64,000 nucleotides of DNA from Candidatus Dojkabacteria bacterium (lineage in GTDB: Bacteria > Patescibacteriota > Dojkabacteria > SC72). The stretch lies in the NCBI GenBank assembly GCA_012513575.1, contig JAAZBX010000007.1, positions 27,931 to 91,930 of the forward strand, in the 5' to 3' direction. The notes under the pieces are model-generated. The model was not told where the DNA came from. It saw nothing but the letters and a program-made list of their open reading frames with translations, and did no database searches. Numbering within the stretch: position 1 is the first letter of the stretch; the number at the start of each line of letters is the position of its first letter. The translations under genes were made by a program, and so were the position numbers. Below are positions 1 to 9,702 of this stretch, piece by piece.

Positions 1-461
1 AAATGGAAATATTCCTTTAACAATTTCTTCCTTCTTTCATCGCTTTTAGGAAGAAACCCTAAAAAAACAAACTTATCTGTTGGTAAACCCGAGATAGAGA
101 TTGCCGAAGTAAGAGCGGATGGGCCAGGAATTGATATGACAGAATACTCTTTTTCCAAAAGTTCTTTTACTAAACGGAAGCCTGGATCAGAGATTAAAGG
201 AGTTCCAGCGTCAGAAATTAATGCTAAATTCATACCCATATCTAACTTCTCTAATATCTTAAAAATCATTTTATCGTGATTTTGATCTCTATATGATACC
301 AACGGTGTATCTACCAAATACTTATCAAGCAACTTTTTACTTTCTCTAGTATCTTCTGAAAGAATAAAGGTTGCTTCTTTCAAGATCCTAATAGCTCTCA
401 AAGTAATATCTTCTAGATTACCTATAGGTGTAGCAACTACATATAGTTTCCCTTTCTCCAT
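1..461 (-). CDS. rsmI: 16S rRNA (C1402-2'-O)-methyltransferase, runs off the window edge
   Basis: Manual translation from ATG at 461: MEKGKLYVVATPIGNLEDITLRA...SEDTR...ALISDAGTPLISDPG...IPGPSA, all RsmI motifs; not in the ORF track. Confidence 0.93.
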   Translation of the reverse strand, partial: MEKGKLYVVATPIGNLEDITLRAIRILKEATFILSEDTRESKKLLDKYLVDTPLVSYRDQNHDKMIFKILEKLDMGMNLALISDAGTPLISDPGFRLVKELLEKEYSVISIPGPSALTSAISISGLPTDKFVFLGFLPKSDERRKKLLKEYFH

Positions 462-1160
462 TTATTTATTATTTAAATTTATAATCTTATTAAGAACAGT
501 ATCAGTATTTTCTTCTGAGATTTCTTCTGAGCTTAAAGCTTCTTCTAACAAATATTTTCCAATCTTAAACCTTCTCAAATCTACCGAAGTCGCATACGCT
601 CCAGATTCTATGCCCAAATCATTAATTAAAGTTCTTATATACGTTCCTGATGAACAAAAAATATTAAAAGTAACAAAAGGCCAAGAATACTCTATACAAG
701 AAAATTCTAAAATCTTAATTATCCTAGGACTGATTTGAACTTCCTTTCCGGCCCTAGCATATTCATAGGCCTTTTTCCCATTAATTTTAATTGCTGAATA
801 AGAAGATGGAATTTGTTGAATTTCTCCTAAAAATTTCTTATGTATGATTTCTTCTAAAGTGTTTCTTGAAACAACTAGGCCTTTATTGTCCTGAATTACT
901 TTCTTCCCAGTTTCATCTTGAGAATCGGTAGCATATCCAAATTCCGCTTTAACCTGGTATCCTTTCTCTAAATGCAAAATCTCTTCCATTTTTTTTGTAG
1001 CTTTCCCAAGTAAAACAATTAAAAGGCCTGTTGCAAAAGGGTCTAACGTTCCTGCATGACCAATTTTTTGACCCTTCGGAAGAATTCTCTTTAATTTTCT
1101 AATTACATCATATGATGTAATTCCCTTCTCCTTGTCTATTAGTAAAATTCCGTCTATCAT
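462..1160 (-). CDS. truB: tRNA pseudouridine(55) synthase, short form
   Basis: DKEKGITS, KIGHAGTLDPFATGLL, SSGTYIRTL motifs. Confidence 0.95.
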   Translation of the reverse strand: MIDGILLIDKEKGITSYDVIRKLKRILPKGQKIGHAGTLDPFATGLLIVLLGKATKKMEEILHLEKGYQVKAEFGYATDSQDETGKKVIQDNKGLVVSRNTLEEIIHKKFLGEIQQIPSSYSAIKINGKKAYEYARAGKEVQISPRIIKILEFSCIEYSWPFVTFNIFCSSGTYIRTLINDLGIESGAYATSVDLRRFKIGKYLLEEALSSEEISEENTDTVLNKIINLNNK

Positions 1161-1191
1161 ATACCTAATTATATATTATTATTCTCTCTTC

Positions 1192-1740
1192 ATGTTAAAT
1201 GGAATTACAATTGGACTAATATCAACCGCAGTAATGCTTTTTGCGGGACTACTTATCACGATATTAATTAATGCTTTGTTAGCTCCAACAAAAAAAACTC
1301 CACAAAGAGTTCTTTCAGAAATTGTTCAACTCATGGGACTTGAAAAAAATGATACATTTTTAGATATGGGTTGTGGGGTAGGAGAGATTGTACTTGAAGC
1401 ATACAGAAGTGCTCAGTGTAAATGTTTTGGCTATGACATATCACCAATTATGATTATTCTTGCTAGAACAAAAAGAATTCTTCATTTCCCAATGTCTAAG
1501 GATATTGTTTTTGAAGGGGAGGATATTTTTAAACTTGACTTAAAGAATTTTACAAAGATATATTGCTTTTTAGATGAGAAAAGTATGGATGCTCTAAAGA
1601 AAAAATTTCAAAAGTTTATTTCAAGTGGTGGGGTAGTGTATAGCTATAGATATTGTATTAAAGATATGAAGAGTGAAAAGAAAGTGAAGTTGAGTGATAA
1701 CGAATATCTATATATCTATAGTGACTTAAATAAGAAATAG
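1192..1740 (+). CDS. Class I SAM-dependent methyltransferase with N-terminal membrane anchor
   Basis: LDMGCGVG motif I, GYDISP; hydrophobic N-terminus; ATG 1192 preferred because the track start overlaps truB. Confidence 0.8.
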   Translation: MLNGITIGLISTAVMLFAGLLITILINALLAPTKKTPQRVLSEIVQLMGLEKNDTFLDMGCGVGEIVLEAYRSAQCKCFGYDISPIMIILARTKRILHFPMSKDIVFEGEDIFKLDLKNFTKIYCFLDEKSMDALKKKFQKFISSGGVVYSYRYCIKDMKSEKKVKLSDNEYLYIYSDLNKK

Positions 1741-1746
1741 GTTTGT

Positions 1747-1799
1747 TGGAGGGAACAATTAAGAAATAAGCATAAGGCTTAATTAGATTGTTCCCTCCA
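1747..1799. terminator. 13-bp hairpin between convergent genes (3' end of locus A)
   Basis: TGGAGGGAACAAT (1747-1759) / ATTGTTCCCTCCA (1787-1799); no clear U-tract. Confidence 0.6.
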
Positions 1800-1813
1800 T
1801 TGGGTTCTACCGG

Positions 1814-2170
1814 TTACATATATGAGTCTGTCAAAAACAAAATCAAAAGAATAAGAGGAAGAAACTTTAGTAAGGACAGAGCCAAATTAATTAGCCCCAG
1901 GCCAAATTTACCCTTTTCCACTTTTCCAAGCGAAAAATTACTTACTTCAAGAATTATCGCTATGATAAAAGCAAATGTTGCTCCTCTTAGAAACAAACCA
2001 AAAGGAAAAGATCCTTGGCCTCTGTTAAGGGTATACACGAGAAAAGTACTCACATATATTCCTATTTGGACCAAATTGACCCAAAGTTTCCCTTGGTTTT
2101 TCCCAATCTGGTAAGCCTCGATTATTACTTCGAGTACCATTAGGTATACAAAAACAATATCCCAGTTCAT
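1814..2170 (-). CDS. Orphan small multi-pass membrane protein (locus A gene 2)
   Basis: About 4 hydrophobic segments; SD AAGGAG 5 nt before ATG. Confidence 0.75.
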   Translation of the reverse strand: MNWDIVFVYLMVLEVIIEAYQIGKNQGKLWVNLVQIGIYVSTFLVYTLNRGQGSFPFGLFLRGATFAFIIAIILEVSNFSLGKVEKGKFGLGLINLALSLLKFLPLILLILFLTDSYM

Positions 2171-2179
2171 TTTTCTCCT

Positions 2180-2368
2180 TTATATCTCAACAAAGAATGG
2201 AATGGCTATCATTACAGCCCCAACTAAAATAAGTATTGTCCCGAAAAAAGAATTCGTGACTTCCTGACCATTGGAAATCAATTTCTTTCGGTTTAAAGTT
2301 TTCGACCAAGTCAGTATCAGCGAACCAAGCAAAAAAATACAAAATCCAACTGGAATTATTTTTTCCAT
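2180..2368 (-). CDS. Orphan 62-aa two-TM protein (locus A gene 1)
   Basis: Two hydrophobic segments; SD AAAGGAG 5 nt before ATG. Confidence 0.7.
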   Translation of the reverse strand: MEKIIPVGFCIFLLGSLILTWSKTLNRKKLISNGQEVTNSFFGTILILVGAVMIAIPFFVEI

Positions 2369-2471
2369 CGTTTCTCCTTTGATTATTTTCTATTTTTTAG
2401 TAAAACCCAATATACCCTCAACACTTGTTAAGAAAATATTGGGCTTCACTAATAAAAAATAGGGTAGAACC

Positions 2472-2541
2472 TTTTTAAAGAGCAGTTGATACCATAAAAG
2501 GTACCTACTTACATTATACTATAGGTTGCATCTTTTCTCAA
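2472..2541 (-). promoter_or_regulatory. sigma70 promoter, small hairpin and boxA-like site (locus A)
   Basis: TTGAGA(2541-2536)-17 bp-TATAAT(2518-2513); TACC-TTTTAT-GGTA hairpin; CTGCTCTTTAAAAA (2485-2472). Confidence 0.8.
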
Positions 2542-2551
2542 TAGAGGGGGT

Positions 2552-2602
2552 AGAAAAGAGAGTCTTCTTACGAAATAAAATCGTATAGAGATGAAGACTC
2601 TC
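2552..2602 (-). terminator. Intrinsic terminator of locus B
   Basis: GAGAGTCTTC/GAAGACTCTC 10-bp stem with inner TACGA/TCGTA, followed by TTTTCT on the minus strand. Confidence 0.7.
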
Positions 2603-2632
2603 CTTAATCTGTTCTTTACGGTCTAATGGTTA

Positions 2633-3007
2633 TTAGAATTCACAATCCTCGTCGAGATCTTCATCTTCAAAAAGATCTTCTTCATCAAATTCCCTATCTT
2701 CGAGAATTTCTTCTGAATCGTTTTCGACATCATAACAAACTGAGAAATTTGATTCTAAACAACTGATAATGGTTTCAAAATCAAGATAGTTCCCTTTATA
2801 AAGGAAGTCAACACAACCATCTGGGTCGACATTTACAAAAAGACTGAAGCTCGAATCACCTTCTTTTGCTTCATTAACTTTTTGTGTTAATGCCTCCTCA
2901 AGCCATTCGTGGTCGTGGAGGGAAACTTGAGCATAGAATGCTGTGTAACCCTTCTTTCTTAACTCTTTGACCGCACGTTCGTCCAGTAACGCAATTGCCA
3001 AAAGCAT
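2633..3007 (-). CDS. Orphan acidic protein with D/E-rich C-terminal tail (locus B)
   Basis: ATG 3007 preceded by AAAGGAG; tail EEILEDREFDEEDLFEDEDLDEDCEF. Confidence 0.7.
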   Translation of the reverse strand: MLLAIALLDERAVKELRKKGYTAFYAQVSLHDHEWLEEALTQKVNEAKEGDSSFSLFVNVDPDGCVDFLYKGNYLDFETIISCLESNFSVCYDVENDSEEILEDREFDEEDLFEDEDLDEDCEF

Positions 3008-3029
3008 GCTTTCTCCTTTTTTTTCTAAT

Positions 3030-3064
3030 ACCGTAAAGAACAAGAACAGACCAGTATTCTAACA
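3030..3064 (-). promoter_or_regulatory. Extended -10 promoter and boxA-like site (locus B)
   Basis: TGtTAGAAT (3064-3056) then TTGTTCTTTACGGT (3043-3030). Confidence 0.55.
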
Positions 3065-3108
3065 CAAAAAGAGCTCTCTTTAAAGACATATTAATGATAT
3101 AATGGGGA

Positions 3109-4320
3109 ATGAACCCACATGAACCTCTCGCTTCAAAATATCGACCTAGGTCTTTAGATGATTTTGTAGGTCAGGAACATTTAGTTGGAGAGAAGGGACC
3201 AATAAGAAAATTTATTGAATCTGGAAAAATCCCCTCAATGATTTTCTGGGGACCTCCTGGTACAGGCAAAACTACACTCGCATACATTCTTTCCTTGAAC
3301 CTTTACTACGATTTTCACAAAATGCAGGCAGTAAATAGTGGGAAAGATGCTTTGAGAAAGGTTATCAAAGTTGCAATGGCAAACCAGCAATATGGCAAAA
3401 AAACCATTCTTTTTCTAGACGAAATACATAGATGGAACAAAGCTCAACAAGATACACTTCTTCCGTATGTTGAAAAAGGAATAATTACATTAATTGGTGC
3501 AACAACAGAGAATCCATCTTTTACAGTAATATCAGCTCTTCTTTCAAGAACCAAGGTATTTGTATTTAAGCAACAGACAGAAGAAGATATTGTAAAACTT
3601 CTTACAAAGATATCAAATAAAGAATACCCGGACATAAAAATATCTAAAAAGGTTCTTCAACAAATGGCAAGTCTTTCGAATGGAGATATTCGCTCAGGAC
3701 TTAACATTCTTGAAATGAGCACAACATTGGCAAATTCTGAAATAAAAAATAGTGAGAAAGCTGAAGTAAAAGAGGAAACGTTAATTGAAACTGTTCAAAA
3801 ACCGGTATATTACGATAAAACCGGAGAAGAGCACTACAACATCATCTCAGCTATCCACAAATCTATGAGATCCTCAAATCCTGATGCGGCCTGCTACTGG
3901 GTAGGAAGAATGTTGGCAGGAGGAGAAGACCCTCTGTATATTGCAAGAAGGATGTTAAGATTTGCAAGTGAAGATATTGGGAATGCAGATCCTAGCGCTT
4001 TAATACTTGCAAACAGTGTATATGAGGCTTGTCAAAAGATTGGTATGCCTGAGTGTGAGATATTTCTAATGCAGTTGGCAATATATCTAGCAAATGCTCC
4101 AAAGGACAACACGGCATATCTCGTTGAAGGACAAGTAAAACAGGACATTGAAGAATACGGCAACTTACCTGTACCCTTAAATATTCGAAATGCAGAAACT
4201 AAACTGATGAAAGAAATAGGATATGGGAAAGGATATGAGTATGACCATGAGCTTCCAAACAAGAAATCAGACCAACAGTGTATGCCAGATAAATTAAAAA
4301 AAAGAAAATATATTCATTAA
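3109..4320 (+). CDS. rarA: Replication-associated recombination protein A (MgsA/RarA AAA+ ATPase)
   Basis: PLASKYRP, GPPGTGKT, DEIHRWNKAQQD, GATTENPSF, ASEDIG. Confidence 0.95.
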   Translation: MNPHEPLASKYRPRSLDDFVGQEHLVGEKGPIRKFIESGKIPSMIFWGPPGTGKTTLAYILSLNLYYDFHKMQAVNSGKDALRKVIKVAMANQQYGKKTILFLDEIHRWNKAQQDTLLPYVEKGIITLIGATTENPSFTVISALLSRTKVFVFKQQTEEDIVKLLTKISNKEYPDIKISKKVLQQMASLSNGDIRSGLNILEMSTTLANSEIKNSEKAEVKEETLIETVQKPVYYDKTGEEHYNIISAIHKSMRSSNPDAACYWVGRMLAGGEDPLYIARRMLRFASEDIGNADPSALILANSVYEACQKIGMPECEIFLMQLAIYLANAPKDNTAYLVEGQVKQDIEEYGNLPVPLNIRNAETKLMKEIGYGKGYEYDHELPNKKSDQQCMPDKLKKRKYIH

Positions 4321-4370
4321 ATTTAGAATCTCTTGTGGAAAGTTAAGAAGAATGAATATATAATTAGAAG

Positions 4371-5597
4371 ATGGAAATAAAAAAAGATTTAGAAATAATT
4401 GAAAGAATACTCAACAAAGGAGTAGAGCAGATTTTGCCTTCAAAAGACGCACTAAAGGAAAAACTCCTATCTGGGGAAAGGTTAACCATCTATCAAGGGT
4501 TTGACCCAACTGCACCATCGCTTCATATTGGGCACACCGTGGGCATGAGAAAACTAGAAGACTTTAGGAAATTGGGACATAAGGTTATATTTCTCATAGG
4601 AGATTTTACTGCAAGAATAGGTGACCCCTCTGATAAAAAAGAGGCAAGAGACTCCGCGAGAAAAGTATTGACTAAAGAACAGGTCGAATCAAATTTAAAA
4701 AGATATATTGATCAGGCATCTCACATTATCGATATCAAAAACGAGGAAAACCCAGTAGAAATTAAATATAATAGTGAATGGCACGAGAAATTATCCTTCC
4801 CTGACATAATAAACCTTGCCTCAGAATTTACTGTTCAGCAAATGATTAAGAGGAGTATGTATCAAGAAAGACTTAAGGAGGACAGGCCTATTTATTTAAA
4901 TGAATTTCTATATCCAATAATGCAAGGATATGATTCCGTTGTTATGGATGTAGATATCGAAGTCGGAGGAAACGATCAATTGTTCAATATGCTTGCTGGA
5001 AGAGATATGGTCCTGAACCATCTTAAAAAAGAAAAAATCGTTTTGGCTGGGAAATTGCTTGAAACAGCGGATGGAAATAAAATGGGCAAATCAGAAGGAA
5101 ATATGGTAAGACTAGATGATTCCCCAGAGGATATCTATGGGAAAATAATGTCCTTTGAGGACAATCAAATTCTTACATCTTTTGAAATTTTGACAAATGC
5201 CTCTATGGATGAAATCAATCAATACAAAAAAAGAATAGAAAATGGGGAAAACCCAATGACCCTAAAAAAAGAATTAGCCTTTAAAATTACTTCAGAAATC
5301 AAGTCGGAAGAAGATGCAAAAAAAGCAGAACTGTTTTTTGAGGCTATATTTCAAAAAAAGAACATAGATACGGAAATCCCCACAATTAAAATTCAAAAGG
5401 ATTCCCTCTCCCTTGTGGACCTAATTTACGAATGTAATTTTGCTAGAAGTAAAGGAGACGCAAGAAGATTAATAGAACAAGGTGCTGTACATATTAATGG
5501 GGAAAAATGTTCGGTTTTTAACCAAAATATCGATTTAAAAAACTCCCAAACAATTCTTAAAGTTGGAAGACAGATAGCCAAGATAGAAATTCAATAA
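4371..5597 (+). CDS. tyrS: Tyrosine--tRNA ligase
   Basis: GFDPTAPSLHIGH, GGNDQ, KMGKS, C-terminal S4 domain. Confidence 0.97.
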   Translation: MEIKKDLEIIERILNKGVEQILPSKDALKEKLLSGERLTIYQGFDPTAPSLHIGHTVGMRKLEDFRKLGHKVIFLIGDFTARIGDPSDKKEARDSARKVLTKEQVESNLKRYIDQASHIIDIKNEENPVEIKYNSEWHEKLSFPDIINLASEFTVQQMIKRSMYQERLKEDRPIYLNEFLYPIMQGYDSVVMDVDIEVGGNDQLFNMLAGRDMVLNHLKKEKIVLAGKLLETADGNKMGKSEGNMVRLDDSPEDIYGKIMSFEDNQILTSFEILTNASMDEINQYKKRIENGENPMTLKKELAFKITSEIKSEEDAKKAELFFEAIFQKKNIDTEIPTIKIQKDSLSLVDLIYECNFARSKGDARRLIEQGAVHINGEKCSVFNQNIDLKNSQTILKVGRQIAKIEIQ

Positions 5598-5600
5598 TAA

Positions 5601-7064
5601 ATGGAAATACAAACACCAACAGGTGTACTAAAAAATAGGATTTACTCCCTTGCTCCTTTGAATTTTACAAAGGACTTAAAAGAAGCTATTTCATATGTCG
5701 AAAAGAAATACGAAGGAAAGACAAGATTCAATGGCGTCCCAATGATTAATCATGTTCTTGAAATCGCAATCTCTTTACTTGAAAAAGGTCTGGATTTAAA
5801 CACCTCCATTGCGACTCTTTTACATGAAATTGAACTAAATGGATTAATCGAGGAAGAGATTCGAAACCTTTTTTCTGAAGATGTAATGGAGATACTTAAT
5901 GGAATCAAAAAAATTAAAAGAGGTACAGATAGTGTCGACACAAATCCAGAACTTATTATTAAATATGTTTTAAATGTATCTGAAGATTTACGACCAGTAT
6001 ATTTAAAAATTTTTGATACTTTGCATGACATTCGCTCTTTTGATGAAATCCCCGAAGATCAGAAAAAAAACAAACTTTTTAAAGCATTAAATATCTATGG
6101 AATATTAGCAGAATATCTCTATTTAGAAGATTTAAAGAAGGAGCTTGAAGAAAAAGCCTTTTCATACTACCTCCCAATTGAGTATAGAAGTATCTCAAAC
6201 AAAATGGATTCGTTAGGGATTTCACAAGAGCTACTGGATAAATATAAAAAAGAAATACTGCTAAGAGTAAAAGAATCTGGGATTAAAGCACGAATAGAAC
6301 AAAGAATAAAAAGTAAGTACAGTATTTACAAGAAATTAAAGAAATATGAAAAAGAGTGGATCGACCCTAATATAAGTAGGCTGGATGATTTAATAGCTTT
6401 GAGGATAATTACTCCTAATCCAAATTCCTGTTATGAAATACTCGAGAAATTAATGGACAATGGGGAGATTGTAGAAGAAAGATTTGATGACTACATTTCT
6501 AATCCAAAACCAAATGGATACAAAGCGATACAATTTCCAATTCGTTTCCCAACAATCTCAGATATGAATATTGAACTTCAGATATTAACTGAGGATATGT
6601 ACAAAGAGAACACCTTCGGAAAAGCTTCTCACATAGCATACAAAGCGAGCCAGTTAAGATATGCAAAACCAACAAACAAATTCGATTGGGTCAAAAAGAT
6701 TCAAGATGAAATAGATAGAAGTAAAATCGAAAGTAAGAAATCGAAATCGTTCCCAATAAGATGTAAGATTTTTGACGATGAAGTCTTTGCATTTACTCCT
6801 AGGGGAAAAATAATTGCTCTAGACAATGGAGATACTGTTTTGGATTTTGCTTTTAGGCTTCACACAGATATTGGGAATAAAGCCGAGAGTGCGAGAGTAA
6901 ATGGATTTCCTGCGAAACTTGCTCAGCAATTAATAACAGGAGATACAGTAGAAATAAAAGTAGATAAAAACAAGTCACATCAAAAAGACATTACTTTGGA
7001 ATACGCAAATTCAAGGAGTACAAAAAATAAAATTAGGAAAAATATCAAACAGGGGGTTAAATAA
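5601..7064 (+). CDS. RelA/SpoT homolog (degenerate HD, synthetase, TGS), C-terminally short
   Basis: RIKSKYSIYKK, DLIALRII, DYISNPKPNGY, FTPRG...TVLDFAFRLHTDIG (TGS); no ZFD/ACT. Confidence 0.85.
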   Translation: MEIQTPTGVLKNRIYSLAPLNFTKDLKEAISYVEKKYEGKTRFNGVPMINHVLEIAISLLEKGLDLNTSIATLLHEIELNGLIEEEIRNLFSEDVMEILNGIKKIKRGTDSVDTNPELIIKYVLNVSEDLRPVYLKIFDTLHDIRSFDEIPEDQKKNKLFKALNIYGILAEYLYLEDLKKELEEKAFSYYLPIEYRSISNKMDSLGISQELLDKYKKEILLRVKESGIKARIEQRIKSKYSIYKKLKKYEKEWIDPNISRLDDLIALRIITPNPNSCYEILEKLMDNGEIVEERFDDYISNPKPNGYKAIQFPIRFPTISDMNIELQILTEDMYKENTFGKASHIAYKASQLRYAKPTNKFDWVKKIQDEIDRSKIESKKSKSFPIRCKIFDDEVFAFTPRGKIIALDNGDTVLDFAFRLHTDIGNKAESARVNGFPAKLAQQLITGDTVEIKVDKNKSHQKDITLEYANSRSTKNKIRKNIKQGVK

Positions 7065-7091
7065 AAAATCAAAAAGATATACAATATAGAG

Positions 7092-7202
7092 ATGAAAAAG
7101 AAAACTAAAGCTAACGTAACAAAAATTATTAACATAATCATGGCAGTCGTTCTACTAGCAAGTATTGTAGTCCCAATGATTATTGTTTTAACTTCTCTCT
7201 AA
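7092..7202 (+). CDS. 36-aa single-TM peptide
   Basis: MKKKTKANVTKIINIIMAVVLLASIVVPMIIVLTSL; TACAAT 6 nt upstream; stop 2 nt before recG. Confidence 0.6.
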   Translation: MKKKTKANVTKIINIIMAVVLLASIVVPMIIVLTSL

Positions 7203-7204
7203 TA

Positions 7205-9196
7205 ATGTTTAATAAAGATATAGATATTTGCCAATTAAAAGGAGTTGGTACTAAGTCTGAGTATTTCTACAGAAAATTGGGTATAAATACAATCAGAAAT
7301 CTATTAAGCCATATCCCTTTTAGATATCAAGACTCTTCAAATATTATCTCTATAAATGTTTTTAAACAATTAAAAGAAGGTACTTTCCTAGGAGAGATTG
7401 AAGAAGTTAAAACAACTTATTTCAGAAAGAAAATTACGACAGTAAAAGTAAAAGACGACTCTGATAGTATTAGATTAGTGTTTTTCAACCAAGCGTATCT
7501 TCAGAAAACATTTAAAAAAAATGATGTCTACATTTTTGATGCAAAAATTACCGAGAAAAACGGAAGAAAAAATATTTACAATCCAAAATACGAGAAATTT
7601 AAGTTAGACAAAAAAAACCAATTTCATGTGGGGAAAATTGTTGGAGTATACCCTGAGACCAAAGGTCTTTCTTCTGCCATCTTAAGAAGAAGAATCTTTC
7701 AATTAAGAGATGATATCTCCAATATTTTCGAAGATCCACTACAAGGTTACAATCTCCCTTTATTAAGCCTTCCAAAGTCTATTGAGAAGATTCATTTCCC
7801 TGAAAATATTAACGACACCGAAGAAGCAAGAAAAAGACTTGCCTTTGATGAAATGTTAAAAGTTGCAATTAGTATTGAGAAAGAACATTTAAATAGAAAA
7901 AAGCAAAAGGCTATTCAAATACCTCTAGACTCAATTCTTATTAACAAATTTATTAAATCCCTTCCATACAAATTAACAAATGATCAGGTTAAAGCAATGG
8001 AGGAGATTTTGGAAGATTGCACACAAACACAGCCAATGAACAGGCTCCTAAACGGAGATGTGGGAAGTGGAAAAACAGTTGTCGCGGCTTCTGTAATTCT
8101 AAATTGTATAAATAGAGGTTTCTCAGCAATAGTACTTGCACCAACAACTGTTTTGGCGAAACAACACTTTGAAACCTTTAAAAATCTTTTTAAGAATTTT
8201 GATATAAATATTGAGCTTTGTATCTCTACAGAAAAAAGTATTTCCGATTCAAACAACAAATTAATAATTGGCACTCATGCTATTCTGTACAACCAGATCC
8301 TCCCAAAGGATTTAAACTTAGTAATAATTGACGAACAGCACAGATTTGGTGTTGAACAAAGACAGTATTTTAAACAAAAGAAAGTTGTGTCTCCGCATTA
8401 CTTAACAATGACAGCCACTCCCATTCCTAGAAGTTTGACCGAAATTTTTTTCGGTGGGCTTGATGTGTCAGAAATAAGAGAGAAGCCAACTAATAGAATT
8501 GAAGTTAAAACTTACTACACACCTTCCAAGAAAAGACTAGAGTGCTTTCAATGGGTCAAAGAAAAAATTATTTCTGGAGAAAGAAAAGATCAGGCATTTT
8601 TCATTTACCCTCTAATAGAAGAAACCGAAAAATCTACTAGAAAGTCTATTTTAAATGAATTTGAAAGTTTGACTAATATTTTTGACGGATTAAATGTTCA
8701 ATATCTGCATGGGAAATTGAAAGAGGAAGAAAAAAGTAGATTACTTAATGATTTTAAAGAGAAAAAAATTGATGTTCTAATATCTACGACTGTAATTGAA
8801 GTTGGAATTGACATCCCAGATGCAACAATTATGGTAATAGAAGATGCTGAGAGATTTGGGCTTGCACAACTTCATCAGCTAAGAGGAAGAGTGGGTCGAA
8901 GCGATAAGGAATCTTACTGCTTTGTTATACCAGGCAATACCGTTGAGAAGGGTTCCCCTGCTGAAGAAAGATTACTGTATTTCGCTAAACACAGTTCTGG
9001 TTTTGAAGTAGCAGAATTTGATTTAAAAAGGAGAGGACCGGGAGAAGTATACGGAACAAGACAGTCAGGAATTCCAAATTTTAAAGTTGCAAGTATTTAT
9101 GATACAGACTTACTAAAAGAGGCACGAATATTTGCTAAAAAAATCCTAAAGGAAGATAATAATCTTCAATATATTTTAGATAATCTTTTCTCATAA
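7205..9196 (+). CDS. recG: ATP-dependent DNA helicase RecG
   Basis: GDVGSGKT, DEQHRFG, MTATPIPR, QLHQLRGRVGR. Confidence 0.97.
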   Translation: MFNKDIDICQLKGVGTKSEYFYRKLGINTIRNLLSHIPFRYQDSSNIISINVFKQLKEGTFLGEIEEVKTTYFRKKITTVKVKDDSDSIRLVFFNQAYLQKTFKKNDVYIFDAKITEKNGRKNIYNPKYEKFKLDKKNQFHVGKIVGVYPETKGLSSAILRRRIFQLRDDISNIFEDPLQGYNLPLLSLPKSIEKIHFPENINDTEEARKRLAFDEMLKVAISIEKEHLNRKKQKAIQIPLDSILINKFIKSLPYKLTNDQVKAMEEILEDCTQTQPMNRLLNGDVGSGKTVVAASVILNCINRGFSAIVLAPTTVLAKQHFETFKNLFKNFDINIELCISTEKSISDSNNKLIIGTHAILYNQILPKDLNLVIIDEQHRFGVEQRQYFKQKKVVSPHYLTMTATPIPRSLTEIFFGGLDVSEIREKPTNRIEVKTYYTPSKKRLECFQWVKEKIISGERKDQAFFIYPLIEETEKSTRKSILNEFESLTNIFDGLNVQYLHGKLKEEEKSRLLNDFKEKKIDVLISTTVIEVGIDIPDATIMVIEDAERFGLAQLHQLRGRVGRSDKESYCFVIPGNTVEKGSPAEERLLYFAKHSSGFEVAEFDLKRRGPGEVYGTRQSGIPNFKVASIYDTDLLKEARIFAKKILKEDNNLQYILDNLFS

Positions 9197-9197
9197 A

Positions 9198-9656
9198 ATG
9201 GAAATCCATTTGGTCTTGGACAATATTCGCTCAGTTTTTAACGTAGGAAGTATATTTCGTTCTGCAGATGGGGCAGGTAGTGTAAAAAAAATTTACCTTT
9301 GTGGGATGACATCTGATATCAATAATCCAAAGCTTGAGAAAACTGCACTTGGAGCAATTGAAATGGTTCCATCTGAACATTACGAGAGTACCCAAGATGC
9401 TCTTGAAGAGATAAGAGCAAATAATATTCCAATATATTCAGTAGAATTAACTGAGGATGCAGTAAATTTCCAAACAGTTAAATATCCTTTAAAAATTGCA
9501 TTGATATTTGGACATGAGAAAATGGGTGTTGATGAGAACATTTTAAATACTTCTGATAAAAAAATATTTGTTCCTATGAGAGGAAAAAAAGAATCCTTAA
9601 ATGTTGCAAATTGTGCAACAACTGTTCTGTATGAGATCACTAGAGAACAAAAATAA
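9198..9656 (+). CDS. SpoU/TrmH-family RNA methyltransferase
   Basis: NIRSVFNVGSIFRS, FGHEKMG, SLNVA SPOUT motifs. Confidence 0.9.
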   Translation: MEIHLVLDNIRSVFNVGSIFRSADGAGSVKKIYLCGMTSDINNPKLEKTALGAIEMVPSEHYESTQDALEEIRANNIPIYSVELTEDAVNFQTVKYPLKIALIFGHEKMGVDENILNTSDKKIFVPMRGKKESLNVANCATTVLYEITREQK

Positions 9657-9702
9657 GCCTTTAATAGCTTTATTTTTAAACATTAAAACGATATAATCCC
9701 TT

